DNA of 64,000 nucleotides from contig OY780935.1 of the NCBI GenBank assembly GCA_963675965.1, positions 1,602,059-1,666,058 of the forward strand, read 5' to 3'. This DNA is from an uncultured Celeribacter sp. (GTDB lineage: Bacteria; Pseudomonadota; Alphaproteobacteria; Rhodobacterales; Rhodobacteraceae). The translations under genes were made by a program, and so were the position numbers. Below, in pieces: positions 43,622 through 53,875 of the stretch. Numbering within the stretch: the stretch's first letter is position 1; every line of letters begins with the position of its first letter. The notes under the pieces were generated by a model. That model made no database searches. It had not been told where the DNA came from and worked only from the letters and a program-made list of their open reading frames with translations.

Positions 43622-44515
43622 TTATACCCATTTCGCCATCGGCGGCAGCGACATCAGCACCGCATCCGGGTTGTGGCCCGTCTCAAGACCAAATTTCGTG
43701 CCCCGGTCGTAGACCAGATTATATTCTGCGTAGAGACCACGATGCACGAGCTGCGCATCCTTGTCAGCTTCGCTCCAAGGCGTGTTGCGCCGCTTTTCCG
43801 TCGCCCCCAGAAATGCGGGCAGAAAGGCACGACCGACATCCTGGGTGAACGCGAAATCCTTTTCCCAGTCGCCGCTGTTGTGGTCGTCGAAAAAGATACC
43901 GCCCACGCCCCGCGCCCGGCCCCGGTGCGGGATGTAGAAATATTCGTCCGCCCAGGCTTTGTAGCGCGGGTAATAGGTGGGATCGTGGCGGTCGCAATGG
44001 GCTTTCTGCACCGCATGGAACGCCTCTGTATCTTCCGCATATTCGATGCAGGGATTAAGGTCGGACCCGCCCCCGAACCACCAGCCATGCGGCGTCCAGA
44101 ACATTCGCGTGTTCATATGCACCGCCGGGGTGTGCGGGTTCTGCATATGGGCCACCAGTGAAATCCCCGAGGCCCAGAACCGCGGATCATCGGCCATGCC
44201 CGGCAATCCCTTGCGCGCGGCCATGGACCGTTGCGCCCGGTCGCCCAGCTGCCCGTAGACCGTCGAAATATTCACCCCGACCTTTTCAAACACGCGCCCG
44301 CCGCGCAGCACCGACATCAGACCGCCGCCGGCGTCCGAACCATCCTCCGAACTGCGCGTGGTCTCGGAAACTTCAAAACGCCCTGCCGGCAGCTCCGCCA
44401 ACGGCCCCTCGGCCTGACTGTCTTCCAGCGTCTCGAACGCGGCAACGATCTCGTCGCGCAGGCTGCGAAACCATGCTGAAGCGCGGTGTTTTTCATCAGT
44501 CATTTCCGGGTGCAT
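43622..44515 (-). CDS. hemF: oxygen-dependent coproporphyrinogen III oxidase
   Basis: GGGLMSVLRGGRVFEKVGVN, HMNTRMFW, WFGGGSDLNP and RGRARGVGGIFFDD motifs. Confidence 0.9.
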   Translation of the reverse strand: MHPEMTDEKHRASAWFRSLRDEIVAAFETLEDSQAEGPLAELPAGRFEVSETTRSSEDGSDAGGGLMSVLRGGRVFEKVGVNISTVYGQLGDRAQRSMAARKGLPGMADDPRFWASGISLVAHMQNPHTPAVHMNTRMFWTPHGWWFGGGSDLNPCIEYAEDTEAFHAVQKAHCDRHDPTYYPRYKAWADEYFYIPHRGRARGVGGIFFDDHNSGDWEKDFAFTQDVGRAFLPAFLGATEKRRNTPWSEADKDAQLVHRGLYAEYNLVYDRGTKFGLETGHNPDAVLMSLPPMAKWV

Positions 44516-44643
44516 CAGCGCGTCCTCATCCTATCGTCACATGTGGGCCAGAGTTACCAGCTTTGGCGTCAGATCAGCAAGCGCCCTTCCCCAGCGACGG
44601 AAATCCGATATGATGCCGTTAAGTGTAAAAAGGAGTGTGTCCC

Positions 44644-45018
44644 ATGCGTTGGTTAATTCCGCTTGCCATTCTTCCGCTGCTTGCAGCCTGTACGCAGCAA
44701 CAAATGTGTATCTCACGCGAAACCAAACATTTGCGTCAGGTGCAGGACTTCATCGCCACGGCTGAAGGCAACCTCAACCGCGGCTATGCCTTGGTCAGCA
44801 AAGACTATGTCGACTACGACATCGAACGCTGCGGCGAACGCAAAGATGGCCGTCCGATTTTCTGCCGGGTGCCCGAAGTGCATACACGTCTGGTGCCACA
44901 ATCTATCGATCTGGATGCAGAAGCTGCAAAACTGGCGGCTCTTCAAAAGAAAGAGGCCCAGCTACAGATCCAGGCCAATGCCGGCATTGCCGCCTGTAAG
45001 CAGCAGTTTCCGGAATAA
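44644..45018 (+). CDS. hypothetical lipoprotein (Cys-rich, C-terminal coiled-coil-like segment)
   Basis: MRWLIPLAILPLLAAC carries a lipobox (LLAAC). AGGAG lies 8-9 nt upstream of ATG 44644. I recognise no family. Confidence 0.6.
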   Translation: MRWLIPLAILPLLAACTQQQMCISRETKHLRQVQDFIATAEGNLNRGYALVSKDYVDYDIERCGERKDGRPIFCRVPEVHTRLVPQSIDLDAEAAKLAALQKKEAQLQIQANAGIAACKQQFPE

Positions 45019-45068
45019 TCACCTGATCCGCGGCTGCGATCTGCCCCTGCGCACCCCGGCGCAGGGTC

Positions 45069-45881
45069 TTAATGGGTGGGCGCGTCGACCGGATCGACCA
45101 GCGTGCGCCCACCATCGACGGTCAGGATCTGACCGGTCATGAAGCAGGAGCATTCCGACGCCAGATATTGTACCGTCTCTGCCACTTCGGTGGCCGGGGC
45201 CACGCGGCGCAAAGGTGTCTTGGCGATGATTTCGTTGCGATAGTCCGGGTTGTCCGCCAAAGTGTCCTTGAGGCTGGCGCTAAGCACAGAGCCAAAGGCC
45301 ACCGCGTTCACCCGGATGCGATTTGGCGCCAGCGCCACGGCCATGGAGCGGGTCATCTGATCCACAGCCGCCGAAGAAATCGAAAAACCCAGAAGTTCGG
45401 GCTGCGACCGGCGCGCCGCGATGGACGACAGGTTGACGATGGAGCCGACAACACCGTTCTGATCCTCAGAGGCTTCGGCGCGTTTGATCATCCATTTCGC
45501 GACATGCTGCGTCAGTCGTAGCGACGTCATCAGGTTCTGCTCCAGCAGAATTTCAACATTGTCGTCTTCGGCGCACAGCGGATCGCTGTCGGCCACCTGC
45601 CGGGAAGCGTTGACCAGAATGTCGACCCCATCGAAATGATCGAGCGTAGCGGACAGCAGATTGGCAATGGTCAGCTTTTCCCGCAGATCCCCGGCGAAAT
45701 AGGCAATGCGGGCATCGTCTGCCTCGGCGGCCTCGCCATATTCCGCGATCAGGCTGCTTTCGTCACGGTCGGCACACATCACATTGGCGCCCTGAGCCTC
45801 GAAATGACGCGCAATGGCCAGACCCACCCCATTGGCAGCCCCGGTCACGATGGCTGTTTTTCCTGCAATCGAAAAACTCAT
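45069..45881 (-). CDS. short-chain dehydrogenase/reductase (SDR)
   Basis: KTAIVTGAANGVGLAIA (TGxxxGxG) and NLSSIA. The ATG at 45881 follows GAGGTGAG. Confidence 0.85.
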   Translation of the reverse strand: MSFSIAGKTAIVTGAANGVGLAIARHFEAQGANVMCADRDESSLIAEYGEAAEADDARIAYFAGDLREKLTIANLLSATLDHFDGVDILVNASRQVADSDPLCAEDDNVEILLEQNLMTSLRLTQHVAKWMIKRAEASEDQNGVVGSIVNLSSIAARRSQPELLGFSISSAAVDQMTRSMAVALAPNRIRVNAVAFGSVLSASLKDTLADNPDYRNEIIAKTPLRRVAPATEVAETVQYLASECSCFMTGQILTVDGGRTLVDPVDAPTH

Positions 45882-45912
45882 GCTCTCACCTCTATCGGTT
45901 GTTAGCGCCATC

Positions 45913-46893
45913 CTAGGCGTTTCGCGGGCCCCTGCGAAGGGGTTTCGCTGCGTGAAGAATCTTAAACCCGCCGGGTCCGCCAATCTCCGCGCATGTGGCG
46001 AAATATTCGGCAAGCGTCGCCTCATAGGGCAATTGCCGGTTTGCCACCAGCCAAAGCTGTCCCTGTGGGCTCAGCATGGCCGCGGCGGCACGAATGAAGG
46101 CCTGACCCAACTCCGGCTCGGCCGCGCGGCTGGTGTGGAACGGCGGGTTCATGATCACACCGTCGAGCAACTGCGGCGGTTTGAAACGCGTAGCATCTTC
46201 CCAGTGGAACACCGCCCGCGCGTCCGGCAGGTTATCCTGCGCCGAGCGCAAGGCCGCCGCTTCGGCCTCAACCACATGCAATTCGCGCACCTCATCATGC
46301 GCCAGAATGTGACGTGACAGATAGCCCCAGCCCGCACCCAGATCGGCCAGACGCGCTGGCAGTTTATCCGGCAGCGCGGCGACCAGCGCCGCCGAAGCCT
46401 TGTCGATCCGGTCAACTGAAAAAACACCCAGGCGTGTCACGAATCCGTCGACCAGTTGCAAAGCGCCCGGATCGGCCCAGTCTGCAAAAGCGCCGTTTTC
46501 AATCGCGAAGATCTTGCCATGGGCCTTGGACAGAACCTGACTGACCGTCGCGCGTTTGCGAATGTCTTTGAGCAGGCTGTCTATGCCGTCGGTTTTTTGC
46601 CCATCGACCACCACACGCGGCGCGCGTGCTGCGGCGTCGGCAATCAGCGCCCGGGCCTCGGCCTTGGCGCGGGGCACGGCGACGATGGCCAGATCGAAAT
46701 CGCCCTCGGCCTCGCAGCGTACATCATATCCTGCGGCCGCGAAGGCATCGTGATCAGGCTTGAACCCCTGAACGATTTGCAACTTTGCACCAGCCAACGG
46801 CGACAGATCCGCCCCGGCACGCGGACGGTAGACCACCACGCGGTCGGCCGGCGCGGAGCCGTCCAGGAAAAGGGGAAGACGCGGGGACACCAT
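45913..46893 (-). CDS. class I SAM-dependent methyltransferase, RsmC/RsmD-like (rRNA m2G type)
   Basis: LADLGAGWGYLS (motif I) and the MNPPFH catalytic motif, with a duplicated MTS-like fold length (326 aa). Confidence 0.8.
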   Translation of the reverse strand: MVSPRLPLFLDGSAPADRVVVYRPRAGADLSPLAGAKLQIVQGFKPDHDAFAAAGYDVRCEAEGDFDLAIVAVPRAKAEARALIADAAARAPRVVVDGQKTDGIDSLLKDIRKRATVSQVLSKAHGKIFAIENGAFADWADPGALQLVDGFVTRLGVFSVDRIDKASAALVAALPDKLPARLADLGAGWGYLSRHILAHDEVRELHVVEAEAAALRSAQDNLPDARAVFHWEDATRFKPPQLLDGVIMNPPFHTSRAAEPELGQAFIRAAAAMLSPQGQLWLVANRQLPYEATLAEYFATCAEIGGPGGFKILHAAKPLRRGPRNA

Positions 46894-46911
46894 GTCAGAC
46901 AGGCGAAACGC

Positions 46912-47238
46912 CTATTCCTTTTCCATGGTGCATTGCAGCGGGTGCTGATGGCGGCGGGCGAATTCCATCACCTGTTGCACCTTGGTTTCCGCGATCTCAA
47001 AGGGGAACACCCCGACCACGGCCAAACCTTTTTTGTGCACGGTCAGCATGATCTCGGTCGCATGGCCGTGACCGATCCCGAAAAACCGCTCAAGCACCAG
47101 AACCACGAATTCCATCGGCGTGTAGTCATCGTTGAGCAACATCACCTTGTAAAGGGGCGGCCGCTTGGTCTTGGGCTTGGTCTTCAGCGCAACGCCGACA
47201 TCGCCGTCGTCGAAACGGTCGTCTTTGTCAGCCATCAT
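46912..47238 (-). CDS. clpS: ATP-dependent Clp protease adaptor ClpS
   Basis: [27 protein letters not shown]...[28 protein letters not shown] placed the start at ATG 47238 (MMADKDD). Confidence 0.9.
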   Translation of the reverse strand: MMADKDDRFDDGDVGVALKTKPKTKRPPLYKVMLLNDDYTPMEFVVLVLERFFGIGHGHATEIMLTVHKKGLAVVGVFPFEIAETKVQQVMEFARRHQHPLQCTMEKE

Positions 47239-47375
47239 GTGAGGCGAGAGGGTCACTCTGACGTCTCCGAATTGTTGTCTACGCGAAAAGGGGATCGTGT
47301 TCGGCCCGTTATATAGACCCTTTTGTGCCCGAATAAAGAGGGTTATGCCCCTACAGGCGAAGGAGAGCCTAACAG

Positions 47376-48080
47376 ATGACGGTAAAAATTGCGACAATCG
47401 CCTTTGATGCGGACGATACGCTTTGGGAAAATGAAGCCTTCTTTCGGGTCACGCAAGAGCGATTCGCAGATCTCCTTGCGGATTTCACCGAGCCCAATCA
47501 CCTGGCCGAACGCCTGCTGGACGCCGAGCGGCGCAACCTTGGCCACTACGGGTTCGGGATCAAGGGCTTTGTTCTATCGATGATCGAAACCGCCATCGAA
47601 GTGACCGAAAAACGCGTACCCGCCTCTGTCATCGCCGAGCTGATTGCAGCCGGTCAGGACATGCTGCGCCATCCGATCCATCTGCTCGACGGCGCCGAAG
47701 ACACGGTGCGTGCGCTGGCGGAAACCCATGAAATTCTGCTGGTAACCAAGGGGGACCTGCTGGACCAGGAACGCAAGCTGGCACAGTCCGGGCTGGGCGA
47801 TCTGTTCGACGGGATCGAAATCGTTTCGACCAAGACCACCCCCGTCTACCAAGGCATCTTCGCCAAACACGGAGTGGCTCCCGAGGCCGCGATGATGATC
47901 GGCAACTCTCTGAAATCCGACGTCATTCCGCCTATTGAGGCCGGTGCCTGGGGCGTCTATGTGCCGCATAACATCACCTGGGAAATCGAACGGGCCGATG
48001 CGCCCAAAGGTCACCCGCGCTTTCGTCATCTCGACACGCTCACCACCCTGCCCGCGCTGATCGCGCAACTGGCAAGCTGA
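47376..48080 (+). CDS. HAD-superfamily hydrolase
   Basis: Motif [11 protein letters not shown] (DxDxT), motif II LLVTKG, and a C-terminal GNSLKSDV (motif IV-like). Confidence 0.8.
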   Translation: MTVKIATIAFDADDTLWENEAFFRVTQERFADLLADFTEPNHLAERLLDAERRNLGHYGFGIKGFVLSMIETAIEVTEKRVPASVIAELIAAGQDMLRHPIHLLDGAEDTVRALAETHEILLVTKGDLLDQERKLAQSGLGDLFDGIEIVSTKTTPVYQGIFAKHGVAPEAAMMIGNSLKSDVIPPIEAGAWGVYVPHNITWEIERADAPKGHPRFRHLDTLTTLPALIAQLAS

Positions 48081-48266
48081 TCGGTCAGGCCGCGATCTAT
48101 TCAGCATCTGGTGGAGAGACCCTTAGCGCCCCCTAGATGTGGAAACCTCCTTGAGAAAAGCCATTAAAACCCTTGAAAATTAGTGGTTTTCTCAAATCCA
48201 AGCCTGTGCTACGCTGACCTCAATCAAAAGCTGGGCGCAAATGATCCGGCAAACCGAGGCAGAGCA

Positions 48267-49931
48267 ATGATGAAGAGCAACGTGCAAGCGCAGGGTGTCC
48301 TGCGTGCCGTTTCAGGACGTATTTTCCCTCTCCTGTTGATCGCACTCGCGATGTCCGTCGCGATGAGCGCCCGCGCTGTGGCCGCAGAATATGCCGCACT
48401 GGTCATGGATGCGCGCAATGGCAAGGTGCTGCATGCCACCAATGCCGACACACGGCTGCATCCGGCTTCCCTGACCAAGATGATGACGCTGTATATCGCC
48501 TTCGAAGCCATCGAGCATGGCGAAATCGGGCTGGACGACATGGTGACCGTCTCGCGGCACGCGGCGTCTGAACCGCCGTCCAAACTGGGGCTGCGGCCAG
48601 GTCAGAAGATCAAGCTGCGCTATCTGATCCGCGCCGCAGCGGTGAAATCCGCCAATGACGCCGCCACCGCAATCGGCGAAGCGCTGGAAGGGTCCGAAGC
48701 GGCCTTTGCTCGGCGCATGAACCGTACCGCGCAGGCCCTTGGCATGTCGCGCACCACCTTCAAGAACGCCAATGGGTTGACCGAGGCAGGCCACCTGTCC
48801 ACCGCACGCGACATGACCGTGCTAGGGCGACATCTGTTTTACGATTTCCCGCAGTATTACAACCTGTTCTCGCGCAAGACCGCCGACGCAGGCGTGCGGA
48901 CCGTCAGCCATACCAACACCCGTTTTCTGAACTCCTACCCAGGCGCAGACGGCATCAAGACTGGCTATACCTCGGCGGCGGGGTTCAACCTTGTGGCTTC
49001 TGCCCGCCATGGCAATGAGCGTATTATCACCACCGTGTTCGGTGGCCGTTCGACCGCATCGCGCAACGCCAAGGTCACGGAGCTGATGGATCTTGGCTTC
49101 AAACGCGCCCCGACGCGTGTTGCCGAGATCAAACCGCAGCGTCCGCCCTATCTGGGCAAAGTCGGCGCAGCGACCATCACGGTGGCCGGCAATGAGGATG
49201 CGCCGGCTCAGGCCTCCAAAATCGTGCGGGTGAGCATCAATGTGACTCAAAGCCCGATCCCAGTGCCCCGCCCCGGCTCCACCCCGGCCATTGCACCCGA
49301 AAGCGAGGAGCTTTTGGTGGCGGCGTCAGATGGTGTGCTGGACGCATTGGCCAAGGCCAAGCGGGATGAAGAACTGCTTGCGGCGGCCACCGCAGCTGCG
49401 GATGAAGCCAGCGCCATTCTGGCGGCTGCGGTCGTTGAAGAAACACCAACTCTGCGCCCGACAGATCTGGCGCCCGTGACCGAAGACAGCAGTACCGAAA
49501 CCCTGGTTGCAGAGGCCGCAACGCTCTCCGCGATCCCGGCGATCGCGCCGACACTGCGCCCCGAAAGCCTGCAACTGGCCTCGATCGAACCGACCTCGGC
49601 CAGTCTGCAGCCTGCCGTGGCCACCACCACGGTGGCGGCGGTCGAACCCGAGGTCAGCACCCAGCAGATCGTCACCCGCATGTCGACGTCTGGCAGCCGC
49701 CACTGGGGAATCAACATCGGCACCTATGGCAGCGAATATGAAGCCCGCAAGGAGTTGCTGCGGACCGCCCTGTCAGAGGTCGAAATGCTGGACGGCGCCC
49801 TGCGCAAGGTCGTGCGCAGCAAACGCGGCTTTGATGCCAACTTCTTGGGGATGACCGAAGATATGGCTGCGCTGGCCTGCCGCCGCCTCGAAGCCCGCGG
49901 CACCGAATGCGCCCCGCTCGGACCGTCGTGA
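48267..49931 (+). CDS. serine-type D-Ala-D-Ala carboxypeptidase (S11, PBP5/6-like) fused to a C-terminal SPOR domain
   Basis: Signal peptide, SLTK (SxxK), SAND (SxN) and KTGYT (KTG). A linker of about 190 aa rich in Ala/Thr/Pro/Glu follows, then WGINIGTYGSEYEARKELL...FDANFLGM, typical of SPOR. ATG 48267 is preceded by GAGG. Confidence 0.85.
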   Translation: MMKSNVQAQGVLRAVSGRIFPLLLIALAMSVAMSARAVAAEYAALVMDARNGKVLHATNADTRLHPASLTKMMTLYIAFEAIEHGEIGLDDMVTVSRHAASEPPSKLGLRPGQKIKLRYLIRAAAVKSANDAATAIGEALEGSEAAFARRMNRTAQALGMSRTTFKNANGLTEAGHLSTARDMTVLGRHLFYDFPQYYNLFSRKTADAGVRTVSHTNTRFLNSYPGADGIKTGYTSAAGFNLVASARHGNERIITTVFGGRSTASRNAKVTELMDLGFKRAPTRVAEIKPQRPPYLGKVGAATITVAGNEDAPAQASKIVRVSINVTQSPIPVPRPGSTPAIAPESEELLVAASDGVLDALAKAKRDEELLAAATAAADEASAILAAAVVEETPTLRPTDLAPVTEDSSTETLVAEAATLSAIPAIAPTLRPESLQLASIEPTSASLQPAVATTTVAAVEPEVSTQQIVTRMSTSGSRHWGINIGTYGSEYEARKELLRTALSEVEMLDGALRKVVRSKRGFDANFLGMTEDMAALACRRLEARGTECAPLGPS

Positions 49932-50000
49932 AGACCGGCCAAAGGCAGAGCCGCCCGGCTCAACGCGACGATATAGAAACGTTTCAGAGGGCGTGAGGGC

Positions 50001-51608
50001 TCAGATCCCCGCGCCCTCTTCCACTGTCAGATCAAAGGCCGCCGCGACGAGCGCCCTCGTATAAGCCTGCTCCGGGCGCTCGAAAATGCTGTCCGCATCG
50101 CCCATTTCCACCACATCGCCGCGCTTCATCACGATCACCTTATGGCTCAGGGCCCGCACCACGCGCAGGTCATGAGAAATAAACAGATAAGCCAGCTTGT
50201 GACGAGCTTGCAGCATGCGCAGCAGATCTACGATCTGAACCTGAACTGTCATGTCCAGCGCCGAAGTTGGCTCATCGAGCACCACAAGCCGGGGACGCAA
50301 AATCATGGCACGGGCAATCGCGATCCGCTGTCTCTGACCGCCGGAAAACTCATGCGGGTAGCGGTGGCGCGTTTCGGGATCCAGCCCGACTTCGCGCATG
50401 ATGTCGATCACAGCCTGCTCTTTAGAGGCATAGCCTTCGATGCGGTGCACGCCCAGCCCCTCGGCGATGATCTGTTCGACCGTCATCCGCGGAGACAGCG
50501 ACCCATAGGGGTCTTGAAACACGATCTGCATATCAGCCCGCATTGACCGGAGCCGCCGGTTCGGCCAGCCCTGAATATCCCGCCCCAGAACAACCACCGG
50601 ACCTTCGCTGGAAATCAGCCGCATCATGGCCAGCGCCAATGTGGTCTTGCCAGACCCAGATTCGCCAACGATGCCGAGCGTCTCGCCAGCGCGCACCGAA
50701 AAGGAGGCGTCATTCACGGCTTTCACATGGCCGACCGTCCGGCGCAGCAACCCGCGCTGGATCGGAAACCAGATCCGCAGCCCGTCGGTTTCAGCGACCA
50801 CCTCGGCCCCTTCTGGCACCGGATCCGGTCGCCCTGTGGCCTCTGCCGCCAGCAGCATTTGCGTATAGGGATGTTTCGGATCATCAAAGATCGCCGCCGT
50901 CGGGCCGGTTTCGACAATTTCGCCATCCTTCATCACACAGACACGATCCGCGAGCTTGCGCACGATGTTCAGATCATGGGTGATAAACAGCATCGACATG
51001 CCCAGACGCCGTTTCAGATCGCGCAGCAATTCGAGAATCTGCGCCTGAATGGTAACGTCCAGCGCCGTGGTCGGCTCATCCGCGATCAACAGTTCGGGGT
51101 TGTTGGCCAGCGACATGGCAATCATCACCCGCTGTCGCTGTCCGCCCGAAAGCTGATGCGGATAGTCTTTGAGACGGCTTTGCGGATCGTGGATGCCGAC
51201 CTGATCGAGCAGTTCGATCACCCGCGCCCGCGCCGCCGCACCGTCCATGCCATGGTGAACCAACAACACTTCAGAGAGCTGCTTTTCAATCGTGTGCAGC
51301 GGGTTGAGCGAGGTCATCGGCTCCTGAAAGATAAAGCTGATGTCATTGCCGCGCAGTTTACGCAGCTCCTTTTCCGACGCTCCGACCAGTTCCTGCCCGT
51401 TGTAGCTGATGGACCCGGACACCTGAGCGGTATCGGCCAGCAGGTTCACCGAGGACAGCGCCGTCACCGATTTCCCGGAGCCGGATTCGCCGACAAGCGC
51501 GACGGTTTCGCCCTTGTGAACTTCAAAGGACACGCCTTTGACCGCTTCGACGATCTGGCCGTCCTGACGGAAACCGACACGAAGATCTTTGTAACGCAGC
51601 AGGCTCAT
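50001..51608 (-). CDS. yejF: peptide/microcin-C-type ABC transporter, fused double ATP-binding protein
   Basis: Two complete cassettes (GESGSGKSV ... LSGGQRQR ... ; GESGSGKTT ... FSGGQRQR). Confidence 0.85.
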   Translation of the reverse strand: MSLLRYKDLRVGFRQDGQIVEAVKGVSFEVHKGETVALVGESGSGKSVTALSSVNLLADTAQVSGSISYNGQELVGASEKELRKLRGNDISFIFQEPMTSLNPLHTIEKQLSEVLLVHHGMDGAAARARVIELLDQVGIHDPQSRLKDYPHQLSGGQRQRVMIAMSLANNPELLIADEPTTALDVTIQAQILELLRDLKRRLGMSMLFITHDLNIVRKLADRVCVMKDGEIVETGPTAAIFDDPKHPYTQMLLAAEATGRPDPVPEGAEVVAETDGLRIWFPIQRGLLRRTVGHVKAVNDASFSVRAGETLGIVGESGSGKTTLALAMMRLISSEGPVVVLGRDIQGWPNRRLRSMRADMQIVFQDPYGSLSPRMTVEQIIAEGLGVHRIEGYASKEQAVIDIMREVGLDPETRHRYPHEFSGGQRQRIAIARAMILRPRLVVLDEPTSALDMTVQVQIVDLLRMLQARHKLAYLFISHDLRVVRALSHKVIVMKRGDVVEMGDADSIFERPEQAYTRALVAAAFDLTVEEGAGI

Positions 51609-52711
51609 CTGAAAGTCTTTCTCGGGTCAAATGCGTCGCGTACGCCTTCGAAGACGAAGACCAGAAGAGACAACATGATCGCGTAGGTGAAGAAGGCGGT
51701 GAAGCCCAGCCAGGGGGCCTGAAGGTTCTGTTTGGCCTGCAGGGTCAGTTCGCCCAACGACGGCAATGCCGAGGGCAGACCGAAGCCCAGAAAATCCAGT
51801 GCCGCCAGCGTGCCGATGTTGCCCGTCACGATGAAAGGCAGCATGGTCAGCGTCGCCACCATGGCGTTGGGCAGCATGTGCCGGAACATGATCGTCCAGT
51901 TCGACACGCCCAGCGCCCGCGCCGCGCGGATGTATTCGAAATTGCGGGCGCGCAGGAATTCGGCGCGCACCACACCGACCAATGCGGTCCAGCCAAACAG
52001 GATCGTCACAAAGACCAGCAGCCAGAAACTTCGCCCCAGAATGGCAAAGAGGATGATGATCACATAGAGCGACGGCATCGCCCCCCAGATTTCCAGAACC
52101 CGCTGGAAAATCAGGTCGGTGCGTCCACCGAAGAACCCCTGTATCGCACCTGCGACCACCCCGATCAGCGATGCGGCCAGTGACACGATGATCGTGAACA
52201 GGATCGACAGGCGGAACCCGTAGATCACCCGGGCAACCACATCGCGCTTGGTGTCATCCGTGCCCAACCAGTTCTGTGAGGTTGGCGGCGATGGCGCAGC
52301 CCCCGGTCCTTCGACCTGGGTGTTGAAGGAATAGCGAATGGGCGGCCAGATCATCCAGCCCTTTTCGATCTGTTCGCCGTTGACCTCACCGTCCTGCGCA
52401 TCTTCGAGATAGCCTTCAGGATCATCGAAACAGTCCACGAGCCCGCCGGTCTCGATTAGACATTGCACTTCGGGATAGCGATACAGCGCCTCGGTTCTGA
52501 AATCGCCGCCAAATTCCGTCTCCGGATAAAACTTGAAAATCGGCATGTAATAGCTGCCGCGATACTGCACGAGGATCGGTTTGTCGTTGGCCAGAAACTC
52601 GGCAAAGAGCGACAGGCCGAACAGGATCGAAAACAGGATCAGCGACCAGTAGGCGCGGCGATTGGATTTGAAGTTGCGCCAGCGGCGCTGATTGAGGGGC
52701 GAAAGTCTCAT
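51605..52711 (-). CDS. yejE: peptide ABC transporter permease
   Basis: 368 aa. DppC/OppC-like core with a long periplasmic loop after TM1. 4-nt overlaps with both neighbours. Confidence 0.8.
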   Translation of the reverse strand: MRLSPLNQRRWRNFKSNRRAYWSLILFSILFGLSLFAEFLANDKPILVQYRGSYYMPIFKFYPETEFGGDFRTEALYRYPEVQCLIETGGLVDCFDDPEGYLEDAQDGEVNGEQIEKGWMIWPPIRYSFNTQVEGPGAAPSPPTSQNWLGTDDTKRDVVARVIYGFRLSILFTIIVSLAASLIGVVAGAIQGFFGGRTDLIFQRVLEIWGAMPSLYVIIILFAILGRSFWLLVFVTILFGWTALVGVVRAEFLRARNFEYIRAARALGVSNWTIMFRHMLPNAMVATLTMLPFIVTGNIGTLAALDFLGFGLPSALPSLGELTLQAKQNLQAPWLGFTAFFTYAIMLSLLVFVFEGVRDAFDPRKTFR

Positions 52712-53820
52712 GTGTCCCTCTTTTCAAAATCGATACGCGGATCGACGAACACATACATCAGATCCGACAGGATGCCGATCACCAGACCGATCAGGCCGAA
52801 AAAGAACAGCGTACCGAAGATGACGGGATAGTCGCGTTCCAGCGCCGCCTGATAACCCATACGCCCCAACCCATCGAGCGAGAACAGCGTCTCGATGATG
52901 ACCGACCCGCCAAAGAACACCCCCAGAAACAATCCCGGAAAGCCCGCGATGACGATCATCATCGCGTTGCGGAACACATGGCCATAGAGCACCCGGTGCT
53001 CGGTCAGCCCCTTGGCCTTGGCGGTGATGACATATTGTTTGCGAATTTCATCCAAGAATGAGTTCTTGGTCAGCAGCGTCAACGTGGCGAAGGACGAAAT
53101 GACCGAGGCCAGCACCGGCAGCGTGATGTGCCACAGATAGTCCAGAACCTTGCCCATCGGCGACAGGCTGTCCCAATCGGGCGACGTCAGCCCCCTGAGC
53201 GGAAAGACCTGCCAGTAGGAGCCACCGGCAAAGAGCACCAGCAACATGATAGCGAAGAGAAAGCTTGGAATGGCATAGGCCGCGATGATCACGCCGGAGG
53301 TCCATGTGTCAAAGCGCGATCCGTCGCGTACCGCCTTGCGGATCCCCAGAGGAATCGACACCATATAGGAAATCAGCGTGGCCCAAAGCCCCAGTGAAAT
53401 CGACACCGGCAGCTTGTCCCAGACCATATCCAGAACCTTTTCCGATTTGAAATAGCTCTCGCCAAAATCGAAGCGGACGTAGTTCCACATCATCGTCAGG
53501 AACCGTTCCAGCGGCGGCTTATCGAGGCCGAACTGGCGTTCCAGATCGGCAATGAATTCCGGCGGCAGGCCGCGCGCACCCACATAGTCGCTTTCATAGG
53601 TATTGCTCTGACCTGAACCCGACTGCCCATCGAGGCTCACATCGACATCGCCCTGCCCCCCGGTGATCGTTTCAAAGACATCGCCTTCGCCTTTGAGATT
53701 GGCAAGAACCTGTTCCACGGGACCCCCGGGAACGAATTGCGTCAGCGCGAAATTCAACACCATGATCCCGATCAGCGTCGGGATGATCAGCAGCAAACGC
53801 CGTAAAATATAGGCTCCCAT
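52708..53820 (-). CDS. yejB: peptide ABC transporter permease
   Basis: [26 protein letters not shown] is a typical DppB/OppB start. 370 aa. Confidence 0.8.
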   Translation of the reverse strand: MGAYILRRLLLIIPTLIGIMVLNFALTQFVPGGPVEQVLANLKGEGDVFETITGGQGDVDVSLDGQSGSGQSNTYESDYVGARGLPPEFIADLERQFGLDKPPLERFLTMMWNYVRFDFGESYFKSEKVLDMVWDKLPVSISLGLWATLISYMVSIPLGIRKAVRDGSRFDTWTSGVIIAAYAIPSFLFAIMLLVLFAGGSYWQVFPLRGLTSPDWDSLSPMGKVLDYLWHITLPVLASVISSFATLTLLTKNSFLDEIRKQYVITAKAKGLTEHRVLYGHVFRNAMMIVIAGFPGLFLGVFFGGSVIIETLFSLDGLGRMGYQAALERDYPVIFGTLFFFGLIGLVIGILSDLMYVFVDPRIDFEKRDT

Positions 53821-53875
53821 GAACCGTCCTTACCGAATGAAGTCGATTGCCTGTTCCGTCCGTATGGACCCGGTC

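Noticed and set aside
48081-48266. A 9-bp inverted repeat, TTGAGAAAA...TTTTCTCAA, and a CtrA-like TTAA-N7 half-site upstream of the DD-carboxypeptidase gene.
   Set aside because: The arms are separated by 27 nt, and the second TTAA half of a CtrA box is missing. That is not enough for a regulatory call.
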